A model generated the notes under the pieces. That model made no database searches. It worked only from the letters and a program-made list of their open reading frames with translations, and was not told the origin of the DNA. Position numbers and translations under genes: made by a program. A stretch of 64,000 nucleotides of DNA from an uncultured delta proteobacterium (GTDB taxonomy: Bacteria > Desulfobacterota > Binatia > JACPRU01). The stretch lies in assembly GCA_963745025.1 (NCBI GenBank), contig CAVUWD010000009.1, positions 15,826-79,825 on the forward strand. The letters are read 5' to 3'. How positions within the stretch are numbered: position 1 is the first letter of the stretch; the number at the start of each line of letters is the position of its first letter. This document shows positions 43,515 to 55,047 of this stretch, piece by piece.

Positions 43515-44098
43515 TCGGCCTGTACCTTCAGCCTTTCGAGCAGTGCGCTTTTCAGGTGGCTGACGATGGTCTCGCTTTCCCCGGAGAAGTCGCTGCCGAT
43601 GAACCTCTGAACCAGCGCCCCCGCCAACGCGCACATGATGAGCGAGGCTTCGCTCGCCGGATTGATGTCCGAGCGGAAGACACCCTTATGCCGACCGCTT
43701 TCGAGGATGTCGTTCAAGAGATTGCGAAAGATGCGAAAGAGCTCCGCCACGCGAGCGACGGGATCGTCAGGCTGCTTTTCTTCGCGCAAGATGAGGCTCA
43801 GCACGAAGCGGATCGACTGCATGTGCTCGCGAACGAAATCGTAGAAGAGGTCGATCAGCTTGTTGATCTGCTCCGCTTCGTCGAGTCCCTCTACCTGGCC
43901 GACGACGTTGACAAAATAGGGCTCCAGCGAGCGTTGGAGCGCGCTCTGAAAGAGCCGCTCCTTGTTTTCGAAGTGCCAGAAGATGAGGGCCTTGCTGACA
44001 CTCGCTTCCTTGGCAACTTGCGAGAGCGAGGTGCTTCCGTAGCCTTGCGTCGAGAAAAGCCGGGTCGCGGTCTCTAAGATCTTGTCCCTAGCGTCCAC
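43511..44098 (-). CDS. TetR/AcrR family transcriptional regulator
   Basis: ILETATRLFSTQGYGSTSLSQVAKEASVSKALIFWHFENKERL HTH. Confidence 0.94.
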   Translation of the reverse strand: MDARDKILETATRLFSTQGYGSTSLSQVAKEASVSKALIFWHFENKERLFQSALQRSLEPYFVNVVGQVEGLDEAEQINKLIDLFYDFVREHMQSIRFVLSLILREEKQPDDPVARVAELFRIFRNLLNDILESGRHKGVFRSDINPASEASLIMCALAGALVQRFIGSDFSGESETIVSHLKSALLERLKVQAE

Positions 44099-44181
44099 GT
44101 TCTAAAAACCGAGTATTCCGTTTTACCCCTTGAAACACCAGCGAAGAAATGGTCTACTTCGCGGTCGGCCGAGAGCGGGTC

Positions 44182-45321
44182 ATGAAGTTGCTGTCTAGGA
44201 TCACCGCCCTCACGGTTCTCTTGTCCCCTGCTGTGTTGGGAAAGCTCGTGGACCGTGGTGGCTCCACTTCTCCGGAGTTCCCATTCCTTCGCCCAGTCAC
44301 GCCGCAGGATCTCCGCGAGAAGGGCGCTCTCCGTTTCTCGATCAGCCGAGACCCCTCGCGAAACTCCCCTGGATCGCTGGATTCCTCGGATTTGGATTAT
44401 GACCTCCTGAACCGCTTCGCAAGCGATCTCGGTGTCCCGCTGAGCGAACGGCCGGCGGTCAGCGACGAGGAGGCGGTACAGCGGCTGCGCTCGGGGATGG
44501 TGGACGTGGTGATGCTCTCGACTGCTTTCGAAGCTGCTCCAGATGTTGTGCTCGCGGATCCCTGCCTCGACGAGGGGCCCGCGGGGTCGCCGAGGCGACT
44601 CTCTCTGTTTCTCCGAACGGACAGCGCGGAGTTGGCAGCACTTCTCGCGGGAGCCGCCCGGCGGATTGCGGATGCGGAGGAAAGCGAGGCTCTTTACCAG
44701 GTCTACTGTCGTTACGCATCGCCCGAGGAGGCGCCCGAGCCCGCGCTGCCGCTTGCCGGACGGATCTCGCGCTACGCCGGCGTGATCGCCAAGTACGCCG
44801 GCGCGGCTGGCCTCGACTGGCGCCTGGTGGCAGCCCTCATTTTCGAGGAGTCCAGCTTCGAAGAAAAGGCCGTTAGCGCTGCCGGGGCCAAAGGCCTCAT
44901 GCAGCTCATGCCGTGGATTCCGGCGGAAGTCGGAGTCAACAACGTTTCCGCACCGGAGGCGAACATTCGGGCGGGCGTCCTCTATCTACGGCGGCTCTCC
45001 GAGCAGTTCCCGGACGCCCACGCAAAGGACCGCCTGGCGATGGTGCTTGCCGCCTACATGCTCGGACCCGGTCACGTCGTCGATGCACAAGACTTGGCCC
45101 GGGAGCTCGGTCTCGAACCCCAATCGTGGCAGCGAGGGCTCGAGCAGACGCTACCACTGCTCGAAGACGAGCGCTTCAACGGTCACTGTCGGCTCGGCTC
45201 CGCGCACGGACGGCAGGCGGTGCGCTACGTCAACCGGATTCTCGAGCGCTACGAAACCTACCGGCTCCACCTCGATCGCTATCCGGACGTCGCCAGCTAT
45301 CGCCTGCGTGGCGACGCGTAG
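44182..45321 (+). CDS. MltF-like lytic transglycosylase (degenerate SBP domain + SLT domain)
   Basis: DWRLVAALIFEESSF, GAKGLMQLMP, NIRAGVLYL, GPGHVVDAQ, YVNRI. Confidence 0.85.
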   Translation: MKLLSRITALTVLLSPAVLGKLVDRGGSTSPEFPFLRPVTPQDLREKGALRFSISRDPSRNSPGSLDSSDLDYDLLNRFASDLGVPLSERPAVSDEEAVQRLRSGMVDVVMLSTAFEAAPDVVLADPCLDEGPAGSPRRLSLFLRTDSAELAALLAGAARRIADAEESEALYQVYCRYASPEEAPEPALPLAGRISRYAGVIAKYAGAAGLDWRLVAALIFEESSFEEKAVSAAGAKGLMQLMPWIPAEVGVNNVSAPEANIRAGVLYLRRLSEQFPDAHAKDRLAMVLAAYMLGPGHVVDAQDLARELGLEPQSWQRGLEQTLPLLEDERFNGHCRLGSAHGRQAVRYVNRILERYETYRLHLDRYPDVASYRLRGDA

Positions 45322-45330
45322 CTGCCCTCG

Positions 45331-47943
45331 TCAAGCGGCCTGCGCGAGCGGCGCGATCTCGAAAGACAGCTCGCCGCCGCTAGCTCCGACCGATACCCGG
45401 GAGTTGTCGGGCAGCTCTCCAGACAAGATCTTCCGCGCGAGCACGGTCTCGACCGCGCGTTGGAGAAGCCGCTTCAGCGGTCGCGCGCCGTACGTCGGGT
45501 CGTAGCCTGCCGCTGCCAGATGATCCTTCGCCGCATCGGAGAGCGCGAGCTCGATGTGATGCTCGGCAAGCCGCTTGCGCAGGCGCTCGAGCTGGATCTC
45601 GACGATGCGCCGCAGGTCTTCGCGGCCCAGGCCGCGGAACACCACGGTCTCGTCGACCCGGTTCAAGAACTCTGGCCGGAACTGCGTGCGCAGCGCCTCC
45701 ATCACCTCCAGCTTCATCTGCTCGTAAGCATCGGGGTCCGCGCCACCTCGATAGCCGAGGATCGTCTGGCTACCGATGTTCGACGTCATGATTACGATCG
45801 TGTTCTTGAAGTCGACGGTTCGGCCATGTCCATCCGTCAGTCGACCGTCGTCGAGGATCTGCAGGAGCACGTTGAAGACGTCGTGATGCGCCTTCTCGAC
45901 CTCGTCGAAGAGGATCACGCTGTAGGGCTTGCGGCGCACCGCTTCGGTGAGCTGTCCGCCCTCGTCGTAACCGACGTATCCCGGCGGCGCGCCGATCAAG
46001 CGGGAAACCGTGTGCTTCTCCATGTATTCCGACATGTCGATGCGCACCATGCTCGCCTCGTTGTCGAAGAGCGCCTCGGCGAGCGCGCGTGCGACCTCGG
46101 TCTTTCCCACCCCCGTTGGACCGAGAAAGATGAACGATCCGATCGGCCGGTTGGGATCCTTGAGGCCGGAGCGGGCTCGGATCACCGCATCCGCCACGGC
46201 TTCGATCGCTTCGTCCTGGCCGACGACGCGCTCGTGCAGCCGTTCGCCGAGGCCGAGCAGCTTGTGCTTTTCACCTTCGAGGAGCCTCGACACGGGAATC
46301 CCGGTCCAGCGACCGACGACTCCCGCGATGTCCTGCTCGGCGACTTCTTCCTGGAGGAGCGCCGTTCCCTGCTCGTGAAGACGCGCCTCCGCTTCGCTCA
46401 ATCGCTTCTCGAGCTCGACGATCCGGCCGTACTTGATCTCCGCCACGCGGTTGAGGTCGTAGGCGCGCTCGGCCTTCTCCATCTCGACCTTCTGCTCCTC
46501 GATCTGACGGCGCACGTCGCGGATCTGCGACACGAGGCCCTTTTCGCTCTCCCACTTGGCGCGCAGCCGCTGCGATTCGTCCTTCAGGCCGGCGAGCTCC
46601 TTCTCGAGCTTCGCCAGACGCTCCTTGGACGCTTGATCGGTCTCCTTGCGCAACGCCTCGCGCTCGATTTCGAGCTGCATGACCTTCCGCGAGGCCTCGT
46701 CGAGCTCGGACGGCATCGAATCCATTTCCGTGCGGAGCTTCGCCGCGGCCTCGTCGACGAGATCGATCGCCTTGTCTGGCAAGAAGCGGTCGCTGATGTA
46801 GCGGTTCGAAAGTACCGCAGCCGAGACCAGCGCGGCGTCCTTGATGCGCACGCCGTGGTGGACTTCGTAGCGCTCGCGGAGCCCGCGCAGGATCGAGATC
46901 GTTTCCTCCACACTTGGCTGATCGACGATCACGGGCTGAAAACGCCGCTCGAGCGCCGCATCCTTCTCGATGTGCTTGCGATACTCGCCGAGCGTGGTGG
47001 CGCCGATGCAGTGGAGCTCACCGCGCGCGAGCATCGGCTTCAAGAGATTGCCGGCGTCCATCGCACCCTCGGCGGCCCCCGCGCCGACCACGGTGTGCAG
47101 CTCGTCGATGAAGAGGATTATTTCCCCCGCCGACTCGACGACTTCCTTCAGCACCGCCTTCAGCCGCTCCTCGAACTCGCCCCGGAACTTTGCGCCCGCG
47201 ATCAGCGCTCCCATGTCGAGCGTGACCACACGCTTGCCCTTCAGGCCCTCGGGTACGTCGCCCCGCACGATGCGATGAGCAAGTCCCTCGACGATCGCGG
47301 TCTTGCCGACGCCAGGCTCGCCGATCAGCACGGGGTTGTTCTTGGTGCGCCGGGACAGAACCTGGATCACCCGGCGAATTTCCTCGTCGCGGCCAATGAC
47401 GGGATCGACTTTGCCTTGCGAGGCGAGCTTGGTCAGATCGCGCCCGTAACGCTCGAGCGCCTGGTACGTTCCCTCGGGGTTCTGGCTCGTCACGCGCTGA
47501 TGCCCGCGCACCTTGCGCAGCGCCTCCATGAGCTTCTCGCGCCGGACACCGGCGGCGCGGAGCGCCTTGCCGGTGGCGCCGGAGTCCTCGAGCATCGCAA
47601 ACAGGAGGTGCTCGACGCTCGTGTACTCGTCCTTGAGGCCTTTGGCTTCGTCTTCGGCCTGCCGCAGAACCTTGCCCAGCCGCGGGGTCAGGTATGTCTG
47701 GCCCGCTCCCGTCGGGCTCGACACCTGGGGCAGGTTTTCGAGCTCTCGTTCGATCGCTTGACGGGGATTGGCGACCGATACGCCAGCCGCGGACAGAATC
47801 GCCGTCGCGAGCCCGTCGGGCTCGGCAAGCAATGCGGCCGCAAGGTGCTCGACGTCGACGCCTTGGTGGCCACGTCGCTCGGCAAGCGCTTGCGCCCCCT
47901 GCAGCGCCTCCTGCGATTTTTCCGTGAACCGGTTGATGTTCAT
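45331..47943 (-). CDS. clpB: ATP-dependent chaperone ClpB
   Basis: GEPGVGKT and GPTGVGKT Walker A motifs, M-domain coiled coil, [18 protein letters not shown]. Confidence 0.98.
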   Translation of the reverse strand: MNINRFTEKSQEALQGAQALAERRGHQGVDVEHLAAALLAEPDGLATAILSAAGVSVANPRQAIERELENLPQVSSPTGAGQTYLTPRLGKVLRQAEDEAKGLKDEYTSVEHLLFAMLEDSGATGKALRAAGVRREKLMEALRKVRGHQRVTSQNPEGTYQALERYGRDLTKLASQGKVDPVIGRDEEIRRVIQVLSRRTKNNPVLIGEPGVGKTAIVEGLAHRIVRGDVPEGLKGKRVVTLDMGALIAGAKFRGEFEERLKAVLKEVVESAGEIILFIDELHTVVGAGAAEGAMDAGNLLKPMLARGELHCIGATTLGEYRKHIEKDAALERRFQPVIVDQPSVEETISILRGLRERYEVHHGVRIKDAALVSAAVLSNRYISDRFLPDKAIDLVDEAAAKLRTEMDSMPSELDEASRKVMQLEIEREALRKETDQASKERLAKLEKELAGLKDESQRLRAKWESEKGLVSQIRDVRRQIEEQKVEMEKAERAYDLNRVAEIKYGRIVELEKRLSEAEARLHEQGTALLQEEVAEQDIAGVVGRWTGIPVSRLLEGEKHKLLGLGERLHERVVGQDEAIEAVADAVIRARSGLKDPNRPIGSFIFLGPTGVGKTEVARALAEALFDNEASMVRIDMSEYMEKHTVSRLIGAPPGYVGYDEGGQLTEAVRRKPYSVILFDEVEKAHHDVFNVLLQILDDGRLTDGHGRTVDFKNTIVIMTSNIGSQTILGYRGGADPDAYEQMKLEVMEALRTQFRPEFLNRVDETVVFRGLGREDLRRIVEIQLERLRKRLAEHHIELALSDAAKDHLAAAGYDPTYGARPLKRLLQRAVETVLARKILSGELPDNSRVSVGASGGELSFEIAPLAQAA

Positions 47944-48045
47944 GCCGCGAACCTCTTTCTCGGGCACGGGTTCGTCCGCCCGCCACGAGGGCCAAGATAA
48001 GCACGCTTCGCCGTGCCGCAAGGCGGGAAACTGACGAACGAAGAC

Positions 48046-49754
<1,709 letters not shown>

Positions 49755-49755
49755 T

Positions 49756-49886
49756 TCGCTTCCCTCCGCCGGTATTGCCCGGATCAGGTTATGGGAGCTC
49801 TCCCGCAATCGTTCGGAAGACCTCCGCGGGGTCGGTAGATCGACTTCCTACGCTCTCAGCCTAATTCATTCGGCTCCCCCAGCTAA
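49756..49886 (-). promoter_or_regulatory. TPP riboswitch
   Basis: GGGGAGCC...GGCTGAGA...CCC ATA ACCTGATCCGGGCAATACCGGCGGAGGGAAG on minus strand, ending at the thiC SD/ATG. Confidence 0.93.
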
Positions 49887-49919
49887 CCTCTCATCGTTAG
49901 CGCCGGATGCGGCAAAGAG

Positions 49920-50600
49920 TCAATCCGCCCAAACACGAGGTGCGGGAGCTCGTCGCGGGGCGAGGAGAAGCCCGCCGACCGCCCCTGCGGAGAAGCCGCC
50001 CACGTGCGCCCACCACGCGACGCCTCCCGTCTGGGGACCCGCGAGCGCCATCATGCCGTAGAGGACCTGCATGGCAAACCACAGGAACAGGAACACGACG
50101 GCCGGCACCTGAACGAAATCCCAAATCAGGAAGATCGGCACGAGCGTCAGGATGCGCGCGCGTGGGTAGAACACGAAGTACGCACCTGTCACTCCCGCGA
50201 TCGCCCCGCTGGCTCCCACCATCGGCAGCCTTGAGTGTCCCAGCATGTTGACCTGCATGAGCGCGGCGATCATTCCGCAGCCGAGATAGAATACGAGGAA
50301 GCGAAGATGCCCGAGACGATCTTCCACGTTGTCTCCGAAGATGTGCAGGAAGAGCATGTTGCCGACCAAGTGCATCAGGCCTGCGTGCAAGAACATGCTC
50401 GTGAAGATCGGCAAGAACCGCGACACGGGGTCGTGCACCGCGTGGAATCGGATCGGCACCAAACCAAAGGTCTCGAGAAACCCCTCCGCGTGGCGGCCGA
50501 GCTGGATTTCGTACCAGAATGCGCCGACGTTCAGCGCGATGATCCCGTAAGTCACCACCGGAAACCCCCTAGAAGGGACGTCGTCGCGCAATGGGATCAT
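49920..50600 (-). CDS. Rhomboid family intramembrane serine protease
   Basis: MIPLRDD, TSMFLH, GNMLFL, GDNVED, GASG, WWAHVGGF. Confidence 0.95.
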   Translation of the reverse strand: MIPLRDDVPSRGFPVVTYGIIALNVGAFWYEIQLGRHAEGFLETFGLVPIRFHAVHDPVSRFLPIFTSMFLHAGLMHLVGNMLFLHIFGDNVEDRLGHLRFLVFYLGCGMIAALMQVNMLGHSRLPMVGASGAIAGVTGAYFVFYPRARILTLVPIFLIWDFVQVPAVVFLFLWFAMQVLYGMMALAGPQTGGVAWWAHVGGFSAGAVGGLLLAPRRAPAPRVWAD

Positions 50601-50676
50601 CGCGAATTCTGGACACGGGGGCTCGAGAAGCTTAGGTTCGCCATAAGGCTCGAGAAAGGACGTCGATTCGACTAAG

Positions 50677-51012
50677 ATGCCCGAGAAGGATCCCTTTGGC
50701 GACAAGCTGCGGGACAAGGAGCGCGGCGACGAAGACCAGTATTTCGCCAAGCGCAACCGGCAGCTGCTCGAGAAGATGCGCGCCCAGACCGAGCCGGCAG
50801 ACGAAACGACGGCACGAGAGACCGCGCGGGGGCGTTGCCCGAAATGCGGCAAGCGGCTCGACAGCCGCAGGTTCGACAACATCGTGCTCGAGGAATGTCC
50901 TTCCTGCCGCGGAATCTGGCTCGCCCGTGACGAGATCGCGAACCTCTCGCGGCGCGAGAGCGAAAGCTTCCTCGGCCGCTTCTTTCGCCAGACCCTCGTG
51001 CGCATCCACTGA
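50677..51012 (+). CDS. zf-TFIIB zinc-ribbon protein with IF1-like N-terminal helix
   Basis: CPKC...CPSCRGIWL zinc ribbon; KERGDEDQYFAKRNRQLLEKMR N-terminal motif. Confidence 0.85.
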   Translation: MPEKDPFGDKLRDKERGDEDQYFAKRNRQLLEKMRAQTEPADETTARETARGRCPKCGKRLDSRRFDNIVLEECPSCRGIWLARDEIANLSRRESESFLGRFFRQTLVRIH

Positions 51013-51023
51013 GTCTCCGCAAG

Positions 51024-51614
51024 GTGTTCTCCGGGATCGTCGAGGCCGTCGGTCGAGTTCGCGAAGCGAGCGCGAGTCCGGCCGGTAGGCGTCTTTCGAT
51101 CGAGGCCCCGTTCGATCGATTGGCGATCGGCGAGAGTATCTGCGTGAGCGGTGTGTGCTTGACCGTTACCGCTACCTCACCCGGCTTCTTCGATGCCGAC
51201 GTTTCCCCCGAGACCCTACGGCGTTCGACGCTCGGGCGCCTAGGCGCTGGCAGCGAGGTGAATCTGGAGCGAAGCCTGCGGCTCGGTGATCGGCTGAGCG
51301 GACATCTCGTGTTTGGGCATGTCGACGGGATCGGCCGGCTGATTGCGCTGCGGCCGGAGGGCGAGTCGTCGCTCTACGAGTTCGAGGCTGCGGAGTCGGT
51401 TTCCCGGTACCTCGTCGAAAAGGGATCGGTCTCGGTGGACGGGGTCAGTTTAACGGTGTTCGGGTGTGAGGATCGCCGCTTCGCGGTCGCGGTCATTCCG
51501 CATACGGCTCAGGTTACCACTCTCGGGAAACTCGAGCCCGGCGCCGCCGTCAACCTCGAGAGCGACATGATCGCGAAGTACATCGAGAAGCTCACCGCCC
51601 CCTACCGAAAATAA
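51024..51614 (+). CDS. ribE: Riboflavin synthase (alpha chain)
   Basis: MFSGIV, GVCLTV, VNLER, GHVDG, KGSVSVDGVSLT, IPHT. Confidence 0.96.
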   Translation: MFSGIVEAVGRVREASASPAGRRLSIEAPFDRLAIGESICVSGVCLTVTATSPGFFDADVSPETLRRSTLGRLGAGSEVNLERSLRLGDRLSGHLVFGHVDGIGRLIALRPEGESSLYEFEAAESVSRYLVEKGSVSVDGVSLTVFGCEDRRFAVAVIPHTAQVTTLGKLEPGAAVNLESDMIAKYIEKLTAPYRK

Positions 51615-51685
51615 GAAACCTCGAGAACCGCGCGCAATCTTTTCGAATATTTGCTATTCACCTGGAGTGCGCCTATAGTTTTTGA

Positions 51686-52507
51686 GTGGCTTCAGGCGCT
51701 CAAATCGGGTTGACGGGAAACCGCGACAAGCGCCTCGGGGGCGTCGCTCTCGGAATGCTGACGGCCTATTTGGTCGCTACGGCGCTCGGCGGAGCGTATC
51801 GTGACAGCGAGATGCTCGATGTCCTGCTGAGCCTCATTCTCCCACCCCTGATTTTATTTTTTGTCTACCAAGGGTCTGAGAAGAGGTTCGTTTTCTGCGT
51901 CGCGTCACTGCTCTTGGCTGGTCTTTGCTTCAACGTTAGCCCGGCGCTCGGCATTCCGCGGGCAGGGCTCAGTCTCGTACTCATGACGATCGGCTCGATG
52001 GCTGCCCCTCTGATCGTCGACCTCCTCGTCATCGACATGGGCCGTCAGATCCACGTGGGTCCGCTTCTCGCTCGTATGGCCCAGGTCGCTTTTCTGTTAG
52101 CGCTGATCCCGCTCGCGAGCTGGAAGCTCGTGCGCGCGCACGAAACGATTCTCAAGGAAGATGGCCGTCTCGTCGGAGAATTGGCCAGTCACCTCTGGGC
52201 CGAGGGGGACACTCTCGTCGTCGACCCACTAGACCGCAAGACTGCGGATCGGGCGCTGCGGCGCTTGGCGATTCGGACGAAAGACAAGACCTATCCGCTC
52301 TCCGACGCCGACGTCGAGTCCGTGCGCGAGACACGCACCGTGCGCAAGACGACCAATGCTCACGGGACCGAAGCCACCGAGATCACGCATGAGCAGGAAG
52401 ATCGTCTGCGGCTGATTCTAAGGCTGCAGGGAACGGGTATCCCGGACGAAGTCGTGCTCTTCAGTCACCGCGGCCCGATGCAGATCGCCGAATCCAAGGT
52501 CTGGTGA
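51686..52507 (+). CDS. Hypothetical membrane protein (about 5 TM + soluble C-terminal domain)
   Basis: Long ORF filling the gap; hydrophobic N-half; no recognised motif; start uncertain. Confidence 0.65.
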   Translation: MASGAQIGLTGNRDKRLGGVALGMLTAYLVATALGGAYRDSEMLDVLLSLILPPLILFFVYQGSEKRFVFCVASLLLAGLCFNVSPALGIPRAGLSLVLMTIGSMAAPLIVDLLVIDMGRQIHVGPLLARMAQVAFLLALIPLASWKLVRAHETILKEDGRLVGELASHLWAEGDTLVVDPLDRKTADRALRRLAIRTKDKTYPLSDADVESVRETRTVRKTTNAHGTEATEITHEQEDRLRLILRLQGTGIPDEVVLFSHRGPMQIAESKVW

Positions 52508-52511
52508 ACGA

Positions 52512-52592
52512 GGCTTTCGGCAGTCCGTCTTCGGCCTTTGGCGAAGACCCCTGTGGTCCTTGCTGAAGACCGGTAGCTGAAAGCCGAGAGCC
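52512..52592. repeat. Heptamer-unit palindromic element, copy E
   Basis: GGCTTTC GGCAGTC CGTCTTC GGCCTTT - GCGAAGACC CCTGT GGTCCTTGC - ...GGTAGCT GAAAGCC GAGAGCC between convergent genes. Confidence 0.68.
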
Positions 52593-52596
52593 GGCT

Positions 52597-52876
52597 TCAG
52601 CCACTCGCCGCGACCCGAGGCTCGCGCTCCGAATCTTGCGTGAAGAAGCGCGTCTTGAAGGAGTCGGCCGTCAGGCCGACGTCGAGCCGGCCCTCTTCGA
52701 GCCAGGTGAACTCCCCGCCCATGAGACGAGCGGCGACGCCGTTCTTGTGATCGTCCTCGTTGCTCCAGAGATCGCGAAACAATCGGCGCGTCGACCTTCC
52801 CACTCTTTCTGCGCGCCTGTTCGGCGACCTCGCGTGATTCCTGCTCCGTGGTGACTATTTGTTCCGTTGCGCTCAT
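52597..52876 (-). pseudogene. Acyl-CoA dehydrogenase remnant: N-terminus joined to C-terminus
   Basis: MSATEQIVTTEQESREVAEQAR-KEWEGR followed by RRLFRDLWSNEDD...WLEEG, both recalled as termini of a ~600-aa acyl-CoA dehydrogenase subfamily. Confidence 0.6.
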
Positions 52877-54198
52877 GCGGTTCCCCCTGTCTCGGCCGGC
52901 CCTGGCGCCACCAGCACCCTGGCGATCCGCCGTCCCTTCATCTCCACGACGCGAAGCTCGCGACCGTTCACGGTGACGCGGTCGCCGACACGCGCGATGC
53001 GCCCGAGCTCCTCCGTGACGTATCCGGCGACGGTTCGCGCGTCCGTCTCTTCGAGGCCGAGGCCGAGCTTATCGTTGACCTCCGAGACCTGCAGCAACCC
53101 GTCGATCACTTGCCCTTCCGCGGTCTTTTGGATCTTCGGCGACTCGCGATCGAACTCGTCCTGAATCTCGCCGACGAGCTCTTCGAGTACGTCCTCGAGC
53201 GTCACCAATCCCGCGGTACCACCGTATTCGTCGACGATGACCGCCATGTGCATGCGCTTTTGCTGAAACTGGCGCTGCAGGTCTTCGGTCGTCATCGACT
53301 CCGGAACGAACAGGATGTCGCGCTTTCTCTTGAGAAGGTCTTCCGAGCTTGCGATTTCGGCCGTCGACTCGAGCAGATCCTTGATGTGAACCATGCCGAC
53401 AACGTGGTCCAGGCCGAGTGTGCAGAGTGGATAGCGGGTATGATGCGTGGAACGGATGATCTGCTGGTTCTCCGGCCAGGTGCGGGCGAGGGATATGTAA
53501 GCGATCTCCGCACGCGGAAGCATCACGTCCTTCGCCGTCTTGCCCGAATAGCTGAACACGTTCTCGAGGAGCCGCCGCTTCGATCCCGAGACCATCCCCA
53601 TCCGCGCCGACTCGGCCAGGATGATGCGCAGCTCCTCTTCGGAGTGAACGAGATCTTCCCACGACGCCGCGTCGAAGCCGATGATGCGAAGCAGCGCGTT
53701 CGACGAAGTGTTGAGCAGCCACAAAGCCGGGAAGAAGACCACCCGTAGCGCTCGAAGAGGTAAGGCGACCGCGAGCGCGATTCCTTCGCTCCGCTGGATC
53801 GCGAACATCTTCGGCACGAGCTCACCCAGCACGATATGCACGAACGTGATCGAGGCGAACGCGAGCGCGAACGCGAGCGAATGCACGGCCGGCTCGGAAT
53901 CGAAGCCGGCTTGGACGAAGAGAGGGCGGAGCAGCGCCGCCACGGCCGGCTCGCCGATCCAGCCGAGGCCGAGGCTTGCCGCGGTGATCCCGAGTTGGGT
54001 GAGCGAGAGGTAGGCGTCGAGTCGCTGCGCCACGTGCCGCGCCGACTTGGCGAACAAATTTCCCTGCCGGACGAGCGTTTCCAGCCGCGAGGCGCGGATC
54101 TTGACGATCGCGAACTCGGCCGCGACGAAGAACGCGTTGAGGATCACCAGCCCGGCGGCTAGCAGCAAGTATAGGTAGGGTCTGAGAAGATCTTCCAC
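52873..54198 (-). CDS. CNNM/CBS-domain hemolysin-family (CorC/TlyC-like) protein
   Basis: NAFFVAAEFA, QLGIT..SLGLGWIGEP, GELVPK, HTRYP, VDEYGGTAGLVTLED. Confidence 0.95.
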   Translation of the reverse strand: MEDLLRPYLYLLLAAGLVILNAFFVAAEFAIVKIRASRLETLVRQGNLFAKSARHVAQRLDAYLSLTQLGITAASLGLGWIGEPAVAALLRPLFVQAGFDSEPAVHSLAFALAFASITFVHIVLGELVPKMFAIQRSEGIALAVALPLRALRVVFFPALWLLNTSSNALLRIIGFDAASWEDLVHSEEELRIILAESARMGMVSGSKRRLLENVFSYSGKTAKDVMLPRAEIAYISLARTWPENQQIIRSTHHTRYPLCTLGLDHVVGMVHIKDLLESTAEIASSEDLLKRKRDILFVPESMTTEDLQRQFQQKRMHMAVIVDEYGGTAGLVTLEDVLEELVGEIQDEFDRESPKIQKTAEGQVIDGLLQVSEVNDKLGLGLEETDARTVAGYVTEELGRIARVGDRVTVNGRELRVVEMKGRRIARVLVAPGPAETGGTA

Positions 54199-54363
54199 GA
54201 GGACGGATCAGCGGGCGGCGCAGCGCGCGAAGCTTCGCGCGGATGTTTTCGGATCCATCGGAAGACACCTATCCTAGAATGTGCTAGGCGAGGCTTCAAG
54301 GTAGGCGGGAACGGTGCGGGGCCCGCGCGAAGAGAATTTGGATGTGCCGAGAGGAAGAGAACG

Positions 54364-55033
54364 ATGACCGAAGCACCTGAGCCACCGAAGGAAGCACCGT
54401 CACCGCTCGAGGACGTTTTGCCGACTGCGATCGAGGTCGTCACGGATCCGCGCGGCTTTTTCTCGTCGATGCCGTCGCGAGGGGGGCTACGAGGCCCCCG
54501 GCATCTTCGCGGCGATCATGCTGTTCGCGTACGGGGCGATCTTCGCCGTGTTTTCGCTCTTCCACGCCCATCTCCTCGGCATTGTTTACTCGCTGATCGT
54601 CGTTCCGCTGTTCGGCGCGATCGGCCTCGGTATCGGCGCGGCGATCGTACTGTTCCTCTCGCGCGCTCTCGGCGGCGAGGCGAGCTTCGAGTCGAGCTTT
54701 CGCATCGTGGCATACGCCGCGGCGCTTCTGCCCATTGTGGGGATCGCCTTGCTGATTCCCTACCTGCCGATCCTCGTCCAGGCCTACCAGCTCTACATCC
54801 TCATCGTCGCGGTGATCGCCGTGCACAAGGTGGCCGAGCAGAAGGCCTGGACCGTGCTCGGCGGCATCGGCGCGTTGCTGCTGTGTCTCTCGCTCCTCGG
54901 AACGATTACCGCGCGTCGCGTCGGGCCGAAAATCGACGCCTTCGGTAGTCGGATGCAGAAGCAGGCCGAGGAAATGCAAAAGGCCGCCGAACAGATGCGC
55001 CAACAGCTCGAGAAGCAAGGGCAGCAGCAGTAG
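54364..55033 (+). CDS. YIP1 family membrane protein (+1 frameshift in G6 run at 54481-54486)
   Basis: VVTDPRGFFSSMP then, after removing one G, GGYEAPGIFAA... continuing into the LGGEASFESSFRIVAY frame. Confidence 0.82.
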
Positions 55034-55047
55034 CGGCAAGACGCTCC

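Noticed and set aside
45460-48000. 846-aa antisense ORF over clpB and similar antisense ORFs elsewhere
   Set aside because: Typical antisense shadows of GC3-biased genes with no motifs
47944-48045. CIRCE or other heat-shock operator upstream of clpB
   Set aside because: No TTAGCACTC-N9-GAGTGCTAA or other convincing motif seen
54481-54486. Phase variation at the G6 tract in the YIP1 gene
   Set aside because: Tract is too short and matches a classic homopolymer sequencing error
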